From NCBI GenBank assembly GCA_965262115.1, contig OZ253496.1, positions 256,001 through 320,000 of the forward strand: a stretch of 64,000 nucleotides of DNA, read 5' to 3'. The notes beneath the pieces were generated by a model. It did no database searches. It saw only the letters and a program-made list of their open reading frames with translations, and was not told the origin of the DNA. Made by a program: the position numbers and the translations under genes. Each line of letters opens with the position of its first letter. Position 1 is the first letter of the stretch. Positions 9,852-20,563 of the stretch are shown here, piece by piece. The DNA is from Nitrospinales bacterium. GTDB lineage: Bacteria > Nitrospinota > Nitrospinia > Nitrospinales > VA-1.

Positions 9852-10922
9852 GCCACTAGCCGTGGAGGTAATGAGCCCGGTCTAGTTGGGCAGAGAAAAT
9901 TTTGCCCGCCAAATAATAATATCGCAATTTACCTGCGGAGGTTCTCCGCTAAATCTGTTGTTAAGGATCATACATTGAACGCGACTACAAAAAAATCAAT
10001 AGAAGTGGATGGAGTCACCCTGCATTTAAGTAAGCCCGATACCACCCGTTCCGAGTGGATTGGGCAGGAAGAAGTCCTCAAGCAAATTCAGGCCTGCTGG
10101 ATGGTGGTTTCTGAAAAGGACTTTCCCCTGTCACCAAGAATCACAGGAATGCCAGGAACCGGAAAAACTACCCTGGCAATGGTAGCTGCGAATCGAATAA
10201 GCCAGCCTCTATATATATTCCAGTGTACCAGCGACACCCGCCCTGAGGATCTTTTGATAACCCCGGTTCTCTCAGAACAAGGCAAAATTTCTTACCACGC
10301 ATCTCCGCTGGTAAGCGCCATGATTGAGGGAGGTATTTGTATTCTTGATGAAGGCAACCGCATGAATGAAAAAAGCTGGGCCTCGCTGGCTCCCCTTCTC
10401 GATCACCGCCGCTACGTAGAATCCATTATTGCGAGAATCCAGATTCACGCCCATAGTGAGTTTCGCGCCTGCGTGACCATGAATAACGACGAGTCCACCT
10501 TCGAGATACCAGATTATATCCTGTCGCGTTTGCAACCCACCTTGCAGATGACGATGCCCAGTTATCAGGATGAACTGGCCATACTGCGATATCACCTTCC
10601 TTTTTCAGAGGAAGAACTTTTAAAAATGACCGTGGATTTCCTGCAAAAATCACATCAATTGGATCTGGACTTTTCTCCCCGCGACGGGATTCATATCCTT
10701 CAATATGCGCTGAAGCGAATCAGTCAGGAAAAAGACAGTCCGCTGGCCAAAGACACAATCTGGCAAGAGGCCATCAGCAAAGTTCTCGGCGAAGAAGCTC
10801 TCGACCTGGATACTCTGGCCGCCCGAAACCGCAAGGCTCTGGGAGAAGAAAGGCTACCTATGGGACTGGGAGATTTCTTTTTCAATGATGACATCCCCTT
10901 ACACCCCGACAGTGACCAATAA
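9822..10922 (+). CDS. MoxR/CbbQ-like AAA+ ATPase (real start probably TTG near 9975)
   Basis: Walker A GMPGTGKT, Walker [25 protein letters not shown] sensor II. Confidence 0.9.
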   Translation: MTVTLKSKYPATSRGGNEPGLVGQRKFCPPNNNIAIYLRRFSAKSVVKDHTLNATTKKSIEVDGVTLHLSKPDTTRSEWIGQEEVLKQIQACWMVVSEKDFPLSPRITGMPGTGKTTLAMVAANRISQPLYIFQCTSDTRPEDLLITPVLSEQGKISYHASPLVSAMIEGGICILDEGNRMNEKSWASLAPLLDHRRYVESIIARIQIHAHSEFRACVTMNNDESTFEIPDYILSRLQPTLQMTMPSYQDELAILRYHLPFSEEELLKMTVDFLQKSHQLDLDFSPRDGIHILQYALKRISQEKDSPLAKDTIWQEAISKVLGEEALDLDTLAARNRKALGEERLPMGLGDFFFNDDIPLHPDSDQ

Positions 10923-10934
10923 AGATTTAAAGCC

Positions 10935-12767
10935 ATGAGTCAGGCCCTCAAACTTAGTGATCGTATTCAATTTTTACCTGTGATCCATGGTAGCGGCAGC
11001 TTTGCGCGGGAAATACGTCATCAACTCTTATCGCTTTCTTGCGATTGTCTGGCGGTTGCGCTTCCTCCTGAATTCAAGCAAACAGTTGAAGAAGGCATCG
11101 AAATTCTTCCGAGCATTTCCCTAAGCTGCCAGGATGAAAAAGATGGCGGAATGAATTATGTGCCTATCGATCCCAGCCAGCCCATAATTATGGGACTGCG
11201 TGTTGCCATGCAGGAAGGAATACCGCGCCATTTTATAGATTGGAGTACGGAAAATTATGAAAAAAGAAGTGTCGATTTTCCCGACAGTTTTGCCTTGAGT
11301 AATGTGCCCTACGAAAAGTTTGTCAGCACCCTGCTTTTAACCCAAAAGCGACCGAGAGATAAAAGCCAGCACTTCTGGCGGGCACGATGGATGGCTTATC
11401 AGCTTCATCAACTGGAGATGGAATATTCTAATATTACCGTCCTATGTTCCATTTTGGACTGGCCTTGGATCAAGGAGGCTTATGATGATCGGTTGGAGGT
11501 CATTCCTCCTCAAAAAGCTGAAGGTCTGCCGGCATTGTCTGGCGTGGACAAAAACACCTTATTCTTTGCGCTCACCGAATTGCCCTACGTGACTTATTTG
11601 TATGAAAAAAAGCGGCTGGAACTCAGGCCTGACAATAACGCACCGGTTGACGGGGTCAAAGAAATCCTTTTGCGTGCTCGTGAACTATTTATTAAAAAAC
11701 ACAAAATTCGTTATCACAACCTGACTTCCCAGACTTTTCAAATCCTCTTGCAATATATTCGCAACCTGACTTTAATGGAGTCTCGACTCCTACCCGATCT
11801 CTATACACTGGTGAATGCTGCCAAACAATTCGGTGGGGACCCCTTTGCAATTGCGGTTTTGGAAGCGGCTAGGGAATATCCCTTCGAACCTGCCGATAAT
11901 TTACCAGAGACCCTTTCGCTGGGCATCGATCAAGCTTTACCGGATGAAGAAGACGCCAAGCCGCTCAGCATGAAAAATCGCCTGTCGGAAACCCATTTTG
12001 AATGGCGGACTCTGAATTTAAAACCCGAGCCGGACATCAGGTCGCAGGAAAAATGGCAACACCGCTGGGATCCTAATGGGCAATGTTCCTGGCCACCGGA
12101 AGATGAAAAAATAGAAAACCTGAACACCCATGTGCGTGAACAAACCAAGCTTTTATTGAGTCACGACCTGGCCCGGACCGAAAAATTCACCTCCTCTGTA
12201 AAAGATGGCATAGATATCAGGGATACTCTGCGCCACTGGTATGAAGGAGATATTTATGTGAAAGAAATTCCCCCTTCCCGAGGGCAGGTTGAAATCATTG
12301 TCTTTCTTTTTGATCCAGAGCCTGAGCCGCACAAGTATAATTGGCGCCAAACCTGGTACGCAGAGCATGACAAAGAGTCCACCCTATGTTTTTTTGCCAC
12401 CCAATACATGGACGATTTAATCGGACCGGGCATTGGCCAATCCACTTATGGAGGATGCATGATGATTTATCCTCCCCGCCCTATTCCGGATATATGGCAG
12501 GACTCCCGCATTCGTTTTTCGGAGACCCTGGAAGAAAAGCTTCTTGAAGCGGCTTTTTTTCACTCCAAGGAAAAGCATGTCACCGTTGTCGCACCCTGTG
12601 CACCGCGGATAACCTGGCGCAGGCTGGCCAGAAGATACGGTAAAAGAATCATTCATATTCCCCTGAAACGATTTTCCAATCAGACGATTGAAAAAGTAAG
12701 GCGGTTCCATGTGCTCAACGGAAAGAATATTCGTTCTTACGCGCAACGTTTCATTCAAGATCTCTAG
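10935..12767 (+). CDS. Hypothetical partner of the AAA ATPase (N-terminus TraB/GumN/DUF5682-like)
   Basis: 610-aa ORF 12 nt after the ATPase. LPVIHGS...CLAVALP and R..WMAYQL motifs. Confidence 0.75.
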   Translation: MSQALKLSDRIQFLPVIHGSGSFAREIRHQLLSLSCDCLAVALPPEFKQTVEEGIEILPSISLSCQDEKDGGMNYVPIDPSQPIIMGLRVAMQEGIPRHFIDWSTENYEKRSVDFPDSFALSNVPYEKFVSTLLLTQKRPRDKSQHFWRARWMAYQLHQLEMEYSNITVLCSILDWPWIKEAYDDRLEVIPPQKAEGLPALSGVDKNTLFFALTELPYVTYLYEKKRLELRPDNNAPVDGVKEILLRARELFIKKHKIRYHNLTSQTFQILLQYIRNLTLMESRLLPDLYTLVNAAKQFGGDPFAIAVLEAAREYPFEPADNLPETLSLGIDQALPDEEDAKPLSMKNRLSETHFEWRTLNLKPEPDIRSQEKWQHRWDPNGQCSWPPEDEKIENLNTHVREQTKLLLSHDLARTEKFTSSVKDGIDIRDTLRHWYEGDIYVKEIPPSRGQVEIIVFLFDPEPEPHKYNWRQTWYAEHDKESTLCFFATQYMDDLIGPGIGQSTYGGCMMIYPPRPIPDIWQDSRIRFSETLEEKLLEAAFFHSKEKHVTVVAPCAPRITWRRLARRYGKRIIHIPLKRFSNQTIEKVRRFHVLNGKNIRSYAQRFIQDL

Positions 12768-12781
12768 CAATACATAATCTA

Positions 12782-13756
12782 TTAATTAATTGGTTTTACA
12801 AGATACGATTGCACCCCATCAATCAGGGTCTTTTTTTCGGTTGTTTCAATTATTTCCCGCAACATCCTCTTACCCCTGCCTATAGAAGACAAGAGAACAA
12901 CTATTTCCCATTTTTTGACGCTCAATTTACTCTCAAAATCACTATGGTTAGGATTTAAATATGGATTCAAATATGCGGAGGGAATCTTTGAAGTATCGCT
13001 ATTTACCATCACCGTGCGGAATAGCGTTCTATGCCTTGGTGCCTTTAAAAATAGATTTAAAAGAAAGCCTTCATTGCCGCCCATATCAATATCAAAAATA
13101 GGAGGAAATACTATAAAAATAGTAGGCGGAGCATCTGAGTTATTAATCAGTAGGGATGTATCACCAACAGCACTTGGATCTTCAATGGCATAAGTTTCTA
13201 TTTCACCCTTGAGGCCAACCACTTGACTTTCATAATCTAAGTTTATATTTCCAGGGGCCATTCTGGACAGCTTCATATCCCATTCAAATACTTGAAAACT
13301 ACCAAAAGATTTAATTAATCTTGTAGACTTTTCAGGAATGATGACCTCAACATCATTAAATACGAGGTGGTTTGTGGAAGACCCAAGGAACGACAGTGGA
13401 AGACCCAAGGAACGACAAGTGTAGTATGCCAGCGGAATAGCCAGAACCCCTGCTATTAGAGAGGGAAGGCGAAAACTCACTTCATGGTCACCAAAAATCA
13501 ACAGACAGAAATTGGATAGAATCGAAAAAAAAGAGTGCTGGTTTGAATCGTAGTAATTTAAAAGAAGTTCTGAAAAATTAAGATGTGCATAATGATTAAA
13601 GGTTATGGCCTCATCACCAGCCAAGGGAGAGCCGATGGTAAAGAGTCTGAGAATTAAAGCTCCCAAAAATAATGCGAGCAGCAAAATTTTTTGATAATTC
13701 TTGTTTTCACCAATTAACATAGTTGTTATCTTTACTTTGGAGCTTAAGTGTTCCAC
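12782..13756 (-). pseudogene. GT39/ArnT-like glycosyltransferase, internally deleted
   Basis: N-terminus LILRL...GDEA...HSFFS...FRLPSLIAG is GT-C-like, but the further TM helices are missing. A 22-bp tandem duplication marks the junction. AT-rich. Confidence 0.6.
13374..13417. repeat. 22-bp perfect tandem duplication
   Basis: GTGGAAGACCCAAGGAACGACA x2. Confidence 0.95.
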
Positions 13757-13868
13757 TATTGCTGACAGAGAATTGTACTTTTAAGCATTAAAAACTGTAG
13801 AGACATTAGCATAATTTTTTAAAATATCCATTTCCAAAAATTTCATTATTTAGCGACTCTCTGAAAAT

Positions 13869-14330
13869 ATGGCCCCTGAAATAAATATTCGTGCAGCTCA
13901 CAAGGGTGACCTTGCCATATTGGTGCAAAACAATCAGGCTTTGGCACAAGAAACTGAAGCTTTAGAGCTGAACAAAGAGGTACTGCGAGAAGGCATCGAG
14001 CAGGCATTAAATCGGGAGGAGTGCCATTATTTCGTTGCCGTGATAGCCGGAAAAGTTGTTGGGCAAACCATGATCACTTGTGAATGGAGTGACTGGCGCA
14101 ACGGTATTATTTGGTGGATGCAAAGCGTTTACGTACATCCCGATTACCGCAAACAAGGAGTTTTTAGCACCCTGTTCAAACATATCGAAGACCTTGTCCG
14201 CAGCCATCCTCAAGTAAAAGCATTACGGTTGTATGTCATGCACAATAACAATACAGGGCAACGCACCTACCAAAGTCTGGGGATGAATGATTCGGGCTAT
14301 ATCGTTTTTGAAAAAGAGCACTTCACCTGA
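13869..14330 (+). CDS. GNAT family N-acetyltransferase
   Basis: EWSDWRNG, SVYVHPDYRKQGVF, LRLYV...YQSLGM. Confidence 0.93.
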   Translation: MAPEINIRAAHKGDLAILVQNNQALAQETEALELNKEVLREGIEQALNREECHYFVAVIAGKVVGQTMITCEWSDWRNGIIWWMQSVYVHPDYRKQGVFSTLFKHIEDLVRSHPQVKALRLYVMHNNNTGQRTYQSLGMNDSGYIVFEKEHFT

Positions 14331-14348
14331 ATGAGTCTTTCAACGGAC

Positions 14349-14936
14349 TCAATTCAGCCGACCTGGGGGAGGCGTTTCCAAGGATAAAAAATTACTATGA
14401 AGCGGGGAGTTACGAGAAAAAGCTTCCTGAACTGGATCAGGGAAAGCCCGGTCGCATTCGCTGAGATATTTCATCACCGCTATCATCCAGTCTGATTCAT
14501 GCGGAGAATGAATAACGGCAATATTTTTGTCCTCATAGTCCCTGCAAATTTGATCCGATGCCTGACTGGTTCCGGGAAGGGTGTCCCTTTTTTTTATAGT
14601 AAGCGGACGAAGCGGATCGACATGGATGATTTTCAGCCCCTTGTATTTTCCAGGAACATCTTCTTCGATAAACTCTTCGATGGGGATGCCATTGACATTG
14701 GTGAGTCCCGGTTGTGCCAAAGATGCAATGTAAATGGGGACCCTTTTTATGGATGCCTGTTCGGCGTAGCCCTCGCGAAGAACCGTCTCATTTTTATCTG
14801 TCTGGCCAAACACTACAAAGTCCCAATGTCCGTAGGTCAACTGCTTCTGTTTTTGAATGGTGACGGTGTTTTCATAAGCCTCAACAAGTTTTTCATAAAC
14901 TTTCTGGTCGCTGGTTCTGACTTTAATTTTTGGCAT
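14349..14936 (-). CDS. Hypothetical protein
   Basis: 195-aa ORF, ATG with AGGA upstream, no recognised motif. Confidence 0.7.
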   Translation of the reverse strand: MPKIKVRTSDQKVYEKLVEAYENTVTIQKQKQLTYGHWDFVVFGQTDKNETVLREGYAEQASIKRVPIYIASLAQPGLTNVNGIPIEEFIEEDVPGKYKGLKIIHVDPLRPLTIKKRDTLPGTSQASDQICRDYEDKNIAVIHSPHESDWMIAVMKYLSECDRAFPDPVQEAFSRNSPLHSNFLSLETPPPGRLN

Positions 14937-15014
14937 TTAATATCCTGATAAAAAAGATTCCAAGCACAATTATAACATGCCCACTTCTTCAGGAGGAAAT
15001 TAGCAATAACTTTA

Positions 15015-15053
15015 TATCCCTCCGGGGCACCATATCCAGGAAGGGGTACCACA
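15015..15053 (+). repeat. 39-bp hairpin unit (free-standing copy)
   Basis: TATCCCTCCGGGGCA-N17-TACCACA, same architecture as the units inside the MITEs. Confidence 0.7.
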
Positions 15054-15167
15054 ACCTCACGCTGAGTGGAAATATTTTGTCTCCATTCACTCCAGCTTTG
15101 CTATACTGCTCAAAGTAAAGCCTCTTATACACGCGTTCAATAATTCCCACCTGAACCGAAACCCTGA

Positions 15168-16733
15168 ATGGAAAGCAATAAAAAAATAAGTAAAGCGGCA
15201 GGCGTTGTAAGCGGGATGACCCTGTTGTCCAGGGTTTTCGGGTTCCTGCGTGACATGGTTATTGCTATGGCATTTGGCTCCTCGGCATCTGCCGACGCTT
15301 TTTTTGTCGCTTTCCGAATCCCCAATATGCAACGCAGAATTTTAGGCGAAGGTGCGGTGACGTCAGCTTTCATTCCTGTTTTCACCGAGACACTGACTCA
15401 AAAAGGTGAATCCGCCGCGTGGAAATTGACCGCTAACTTGTTCAATATTCTTTTTATTATTTTATCCGCAGTATCCCTGTTGATCCTGATATTTTCTCCG
15501 GCCGTGATAACGGTTTTTGCCCCCGGGTTTCTTGACGAACCCGATAAATTTAAAATGACGGTTAATTTGACACGCTGGATGGCCACTTATCTTTTCTTTA
15601 TTGGTCTTGCCGCCTTCTGTATGGGGATTTTAAACACCCTGAAAGTTTTCGCCCTTCCAGCCGCAACCCCCATTTTGCAGAATGTCAGCATGATTATGTC
15701 GGTTCTCATCATTGCTCCATTAATGGATGAGCCGATCATGGGACTGGCCATTGGTGTTGTGGCAGGAGGAGCCCTGCAATTGTTGATTCAGCTTCCCGCC
15801 GTGTTGAAAAAAGGCATGCGATTTGAAAAAACTCTTAACTTCAAGCAGGAAGAAGTCGTCAAAATCGCCCGGCTGATGGGACCTGTTGTATTGGGCCTGG
15901 CTGTTTATGAAGTTAATATCATGATCGATACCCTCATCGCTTCCCTGCTTCCGGGCGGATCGATCTCATACCTTTATTATGGCAACCGACTGGTGCAACT
16001 GCCTCTGGGAATATTTGCGGTAGCCTTAGGGATCGCCCTTCTTCCTATGTTATCGGGTCAGGCCGCAAAGGGTGACCTGAAAGATCTAGTCCAAACCTTG
16101 GGCTTCAGCATTCGCCTCATCCTTTTTGTCACCATACCCGCTACGGTAGGATTGATCATTCTGCGTGAACCCATCATCAATACCTTGTGGGAACGGGGTG
16201 AATTCCTCGCTTCCACCACCGAGGGCACTGCCATTGCCATACTTTATTATTCCATAGGTCTGTGTGCTTATTCAGGAATTAAAATCATCGCGCCGGCTTT
16301 TTATTCCCTTCAAGACACCAAAACTCCGGCTAAAATTGGCATTTATTCCATGATTCTCAATACGGTTTTGAATCTCATTTTAATGGGCCCCTTGCAACAC
16401 GGAGGGCTGGCACTGGCCACTTCCCTGGCGGCTTTATTTAATGTCGCTTTGTTGATCTACTACTTAAGAAAACGCCTGGGCCTGATGGGTGGAAGGAAAA
16501 TACTGCGTTCGACTATTAAAATGTCTGCTGCGGCAATAGTCATGGGTGCCATCACTTTTCTTTGCAGGGAAAGTTTTTTCCATGCCGGGGATCCCCTATC
16601 CATCCGACTGTTTGTCCTGACTGCTTGCATATCTGTCGGAATATTGGTATATGCCTTAATCTCTCACTTGACTAGAAATGAAGAATGGCGTTTTCTTCTG
16701 GATTTGAGAAAGAAAAAACAAATACCCGTTTAA
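15168..16733 (+). CDS. murJ: Lipid II flippase MurJ
   Basis: SRVFGFLRD, DAFFVAFRIPN, GEGA, RLVQLPLGIF, GLALATSL. Confidence 0.97.
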   Translation: MESNKKISKAAGVVSGMTLLSRVFGFLRDMVIAMAFGSSASADAFFVAFRIPNMQRRILGEGAVTSAFIPVFTETLTQKGESAAWKLTANLFNILFIILSAVSLLILIFSPAVITVFAPGFLDEPDKFKMTVNLTRWMATYLFFIGLAAFCMGILNTLKVFALPAATPILQNVSMIMSVLIIAPLMDEPIMGLAIGVVAGGALQLLIQLPAVLKKGMRFEKTLNFKQEEVVKIARLMGPVVLGLAVYEVNIMIDTLIASLLPGGSISYLYYGNRLVQLPLGIFAVALGIALLPMLSGQAAKGDLKDLVQTLGFSIRLILFVTIPATVGLIILREPIINTLWERGEFLASTTEGTAIAILYYSIGLCAYSGIKIIAPAFYSLQDTKTPAKIGIYSMILNTVLNLILMGPLQHGGLALATSLAALFNVALLIYYLRKRLGLMGGRKILRSTIKMSAAAIVMGAITFLCRESFFHAGDPLSIRLFVLTACISVGILVYALISHLTRNEEWRFLLDLRKKKQIPV

Positions 16734-16771
16734 CCCGCTTTTGCAAACACAAGATAAAGGATAACCCTCTT

Positions 16772-17386
16772 ATGATCGTCACCTGCCTGGATTTGGAAGG
16801 AGTTCTGGTTCCTGAAATCTGGATCGCCTTCGCTGAGAAAACTGGCATTGAGAAGTTGCGTCTCACCACGCGGGATATCCCCGATTACAATGACCTGATG
16901 CGGGGGCGACTCAAAATTCTTGATGAAAACAATCTTAAACTTTCTGATATCGAATACGTCATCGGAGGTATTGCCCCTCTTCCAGGGGCGAAGGAATTCT
17001 TATCCTGGCTGGAAAGCGAATTCCAGGTCATCATCCTCTCTGACACCTTTAACCAGTTCGCTGGGCCTTTGATGGCACAGCTTGACTACCCCACCCTGTT
17101 TTGCCATGACCTGATTGTTGATGAAGCCGGACGAATTGCCGATTACCGTTTGCGGATTTCCGATGCAAAAACCAAGGCAGTGGTGGCATTGAAAGGGATC
17201 AATCTGAAAGTCATAGCCGCCGGAGATTCTTACAACGATATTGGAATGCTGAAAGAAGCAGATGCTGGGATTTTGTTCAGGGCTCCTGATAACATTGTGG
17301 AAGAATTTCCCCAGTTTCCGGTGACCCAAACTTATGAAGAATTTAAAACAGCGATCCTTGAAGCCAGTAACAAACTGGGCGACTGA
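16772..17386 (+). CDS. thrH: Phosphoserine phosphatase/homoserine phosphotransferase
   Basis: CLDLEGVLVPEIW, TTRDIPDY, ILSDTF, AAGDSYND. Confidence 0.95.
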   Translation: MIVTCLDLEGVLVPEIWIAFAEKTGIEKLRLTTRDIPDYNDLMRGRLKILDENNLKLSDIEYVIGGIAPLPGAKEFLSWLESEFQVIILSDTFNQFAGPLMAQLDYPTLFCHDLIVDEAGRIADYRLRISDAKTKAVVALKGINLKVIAAGDSYNDIGMLKEADAGILFRAPDNIVEEFPQFPVTQTYEEFKTAILEASNKLGD

Positions 17387-17391
17387 AAAGA

Positions 17392-17910
17392 TTATTTAAT
17401 TTCAGAATCAAGAAGTTTGTTACCCACCCATCCGGTCCGAACCTGTTCTCCATGCCTCGGTTTTGAACGAATTTTTGACCACTTGCCTTTTTTCTCCAGG
17501 ACTTCAACCTGAGTGCCTTGAGTCAGCACAAAAAGAACTTTGCCCTTCTTTGTGCTGGGTTTGTCACGCAAATTGGCAAAGCTCACTTTAACCTTAAAAA
17601 ATAATTCAAAATCTTCGTCTTCAGCAACCTTAAGGGGAACTTCGGCAGTGACCGTTTTCTGAAAAAGGTTTTGCAGATTGATGTCCAGCTTGAATACAGC
17701 GATCACAATGAAAATCAGGGTTAGCAGAGCAATACGCGAAGAAGCTTGGGAAACATTCAAGCCTTTTTCGGGGTCGGGTTCAGGAGGTACAGGAGGATCG
17801 CATTGGACGCAATAAAAGCCCGGAGCAGGCAGAAGGGTTCCGCAAGTATCACAGTATTGATATTTGCGCTTCATATTAGGATAAGTGGTCTTGCTTGTAA
17901 TCGGGTTCAT
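17392..17910 (-). CDS. Membrane protein with zinc ribbon and bacterial SH3 domain
   Basis: CxxC...CxxC, TM helix, ANLRDKPST...GKWSKI...TGWV. Confidence 0.8.
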   Translation of the reverse strand: MNPITSKTTYPNMKRKYQYCDTCGTLLPAPGFYCVQCDPPVPPEPDPEKGLNVSQASSRIALLTLIFIVIAVFKLDINLQNLFQKTVTAEVPLKVAEDEDFELFFKVKVSFANLRDKPSTKKGKVLFVLTQGTQVEVLEKKGKWSKIRSKPRHGEQVRTGWVGNKLLDSEIK

Positions 17911-17920
17911 CCCCCGCCTT

Positions 17921-19438
17921 TTAATTGAGCCGATAAATTTGACGGTATTTATTTTTCAAATAATCGAGAAAACTTTCCGGATTCAAATTTTCCCCAGTGA
18001 CCTTCTTAACCAGATCAGGAACCGATAGCAACCTTCCTTGTTGATGAATCTGAATACCCAGCCAATCCCGCACCGAAGCCAGGTTTCCCGCTTCGACATG
18101 TTTTTCAATATCAGGCTGGGCTTGGATCAAAGCTTGATAAAACTGGCTGGCATAAATTGCCCCTAATGTATAGGAAGGGAAATAACCAAAGGCTCCCCCA
18201 CTCCAATGCGTGTCCTGCAAAACTCCAAGTGTGTCCGTTGGCGGTTCCACGCCCAAATATTCTTTCATTTTAACATTCCATATCTCCGGCAAATCCTCAA
18301 CCTGAACCGATCCGTCAAATAAACCTTTTTCCAGTTCATAGCGCAGGATGACATGCAGTGGATAGGTCACCTCGTCGGCTTCCACCCTTATTAGCGAAGG
18401 TTGGCTGACATTAACCCCCTCATAAAATTTTTCGGAAGTCACGTCTTTGAAATTTTGTGGGAATGTTTCGGCAAGCAGTGGCAGGTAGCGAGTGCAAAAG
18501 GGTCTTCCCTGCGCGATCATGCGTTCCCAGAACAGTGACTGCGATTCATGAATAGCCATGGTGAGTGCTTCGGATACAGGCAGATCACGCCCATTCTGCA
18601 TGCGCCCCTGTTCATAAAGTCCGTGACCGGTCTCATGAATGACCGCATATAATGATTCGACAAAATTATCTATTCGGTAGCGAGTAGTAATGCGGACGTC
18701 TGTCGGATGACTGCCCCCGCAAAAAGGATGCACCGAAACATCCATCCGGCCTTTGTCAAACTGGAACCCCATCTCTTCGCTGATCTTGCGGCCTAACGCT
18801 TCCTGTTTTTCAATGGGGAACCGGCCTGATAAAAAACCCGTATCGGGCTGGTAGTCGGACTCTTGAATGGATTTTATCAGTGGAATCAGTTCCGCTTTAA
18901 GCCTGTCGAAAACGGGGGTGATGTCCTTCTGAGTAGTGCCTCTTTCATAAATATCAATATTGGCGTCATAGGCTTCCATATCGGGGAAAACATGGCCAGC
19001 CCACTTTATTTTCAAATCCACCAGGCGTTTTAAAACCGGGGCAAAATCGGAAAACTTGTTTTCAGCACGGGCTTTCACCCAGATCTGATGAGCTCGGGAG
19101 GACAGTTCCGCCAACTCTGTGACCAGTGCTTTGGGAATCCGTGTAGCCATGTCGAAATCCCGGCGGGCCTCGCGGATATTGCACCATTCAAAAGCAGTGA
19201 ATCCATTTTCATCGGCATGGGGGAGACGATCGAGCAACTTTCCCATTTCAGAGTGAATGGTTTTTTCGTGAAGAACCCCGGCCAAAGCTCCGATCTGCTG
19301 GGCTCGGGATTCTGAGGCTCCTGCAGGCATGATAACCTCCTGATCCCAATGCAGGATGCCCATGATCCCGCCTAAGCGGTTGTTCTCCTCCAACAGGTGA
19401 ACCAGTGAAAAATAATCTTCTCTTAGACCTTCGTTCAT
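17921..19438 (-). CDS. Carboxypeptidase M32
   Basis: HPF, DVRITTR, HETGH, HESQS, IRVEADE, GYFPSYTLG. Confidence 0.96.
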   Translation of the reverse strand: MNEGLREDYFSLVHLLEENNRLGGIMGILHWDQEVIMPAGASESRAQQIGALAGVLHEKTIHSEMGKLLDRLPHADENGFTAFEWCNIREARRDFDMATRIPKALVTELAELSSRAHQIWVKARAENKFSDFAPVLKRLVDLKIKWAGHVFPDMEAYDANIDIYERGTTQKDITPVFDRLKAELIPLIKSIQESDYQPDTGFLSGRFPIEKQEALGRKISEEMGFQFDKGRMDVSVHPFCGGSHPTDVRITTRYRIDNFVESLYAVIHETGHGLYEQGRMQNGRDLPVSEALTMAIHESQSLFWERMIAQGRPFCTRYLPLLAETFPQNFKDVTSEKFYEGVNVSQPSLIRVEADEVTYPLHVILRYELEKGLFDGSVQVEDLPEIWNVKMKEYLGVEPPTDTLGVLQDTHWSGGAFGYFPSYTLGAIYASQFYQALIQAQPDIEKHVEAGNLASVRDWLGIQIHQQGRLLSVPDLVKKVTGENLNPESFLDYLKNKYRQIYRLN

Positions 19439-19505
19439 GCCGTAATACGCCTCCAGGAAAGAACAGATCGGTATATAAAATCAGTTAATAGCATAGAGCT
19501 ACCAG

Positions 19506-19973
19506 TTATTGTTGACTTTGGTCACGGACAATACGGATGTTCCCCGAATCCATGATCAGGACTCGTTCTCCGGCTTTAAGCTCCTCATCATTAACTTGCA
19601 CAACGGCGTACGGTTCTCCCTTATCCGGCTGGATGATAAATTCCGATGCGGTGCCACTGGTAATCAGGTCTTCGGTGGCATGGCCCAATAATCCACCTAC
19701 AACAGCCCCGCCTACCGCGCCCAGCGCACGGGTCGCCGTGCTTCCTCCCAGAGTGGAACCGGCAAGCCCACCCGCGGTGGCCCCTACTACAGCCCCAGCT
19801 CCTGACTCTGTCCCCTTTATCTCAACATCTCTAATGGAAAGAATGACTCCTTGTTTAAAATATTGAGGCGAACCCATTTCACCACGCTCATAGGTAGATC
19901 CGGAATGCATGGAACACCCGGAAATTCCCAGGAGAAGGGTCATCAAAAGAAAAACCGTGAAATTTTTATACAT
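19506..19973 (-). CDS. SlyB-like outer-membrane lipoprotein (glycine zipper)
   Basis: Lipobox ISGC; GAVVGATAGGLAGSTLGG glycine zipper. Confidence 0.88.
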   Translation of the reverse strand: MYKNFTVFLLMTLLLGISGCSMHSGSTYERGEMGSPQYFKQGVILSIRDVEIKGTESGAGAVVGATAGGLAGSTLGGSTATRALGAVGGAVVGGLLGHATEDLITSGTASEFIIQPDKGEPYAVVQVNDEELKAGERVLIMDSGNIRIVRDQSQQ

Positions 19974-20113
19974 GGCGCACTCCATAAAAGGTTCTCTGAT
20001 ATACTTCATGAAATTCCAACAAGCGTATCATCGACAAAAGACAATAAATGCGTTGACGCTGGTGGGATTTATTAATTTCCTGCTTATTAATAGTATCAAA
20101 TCCTGAGGTATAT

Positions 20114-20358
20114 ATGGAACCCGATAACGAAACTCCCGAAACGGTCCAGGCCCGACTAGATGTTTTACGCAAAGGCATTGTCAGTGAAGAAAACTCCGTC
20201 AATTATTACCAGACCCTTATAGATAAAACCCCTGAAGATTCGGACGCTAATATTGGGATGCGGAGGATGTATCAGGCCTGATGCTGGAAGAAAAAAAGCA
20301 TGTGGAACGTTTCCGCGAGCTTATTCGGGAATGGGAGCAAAAACTTAAAGAGTTCTAG
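20114..20358 (+). pseudogene. Half-ferritin/rubrerythrin-like protein, frameshifted
   Basis: GAGG RBS; MEPDN...SEENSVNYY...MRRMYQ / LMLEEKKHVERF...KEF*. ExxxxxxY and EExxH motifs are split by a 1-nt deletion near 20276. Confidence 0.7.
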
Positions 20359-20503
20359 ATATCGCCTCATATTCTAGCTGGATTGGTAAACGCCCCCTCA
20401 AACCGCTTTCAGTTTACTCAATTCAGACCGTAATTGGTATCCTCGCCATTTTCAAGTCCAAATATCCAAACTGGTTTTGTGATTAAAAATCTCTTTCATA
20501 TCC

Positions 20504-20552
20504 TTGACAATATAAAGGGCTTATTTTATTATTGATAACAATTCTCATTATT
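20504..20552 (+). promoter_or_regulatory. Sigma70 promoter with adjacent Fur box
   Basis: TTGACA-17-TATTAT, then GATAACAATTCTCATTATT (20534-20552), 14/19 match to the Fur consensus GATAATGATAATCATTATC. Confidence 0.8.
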
Positions 20553-20563
20553 ATTTTAGGGGA

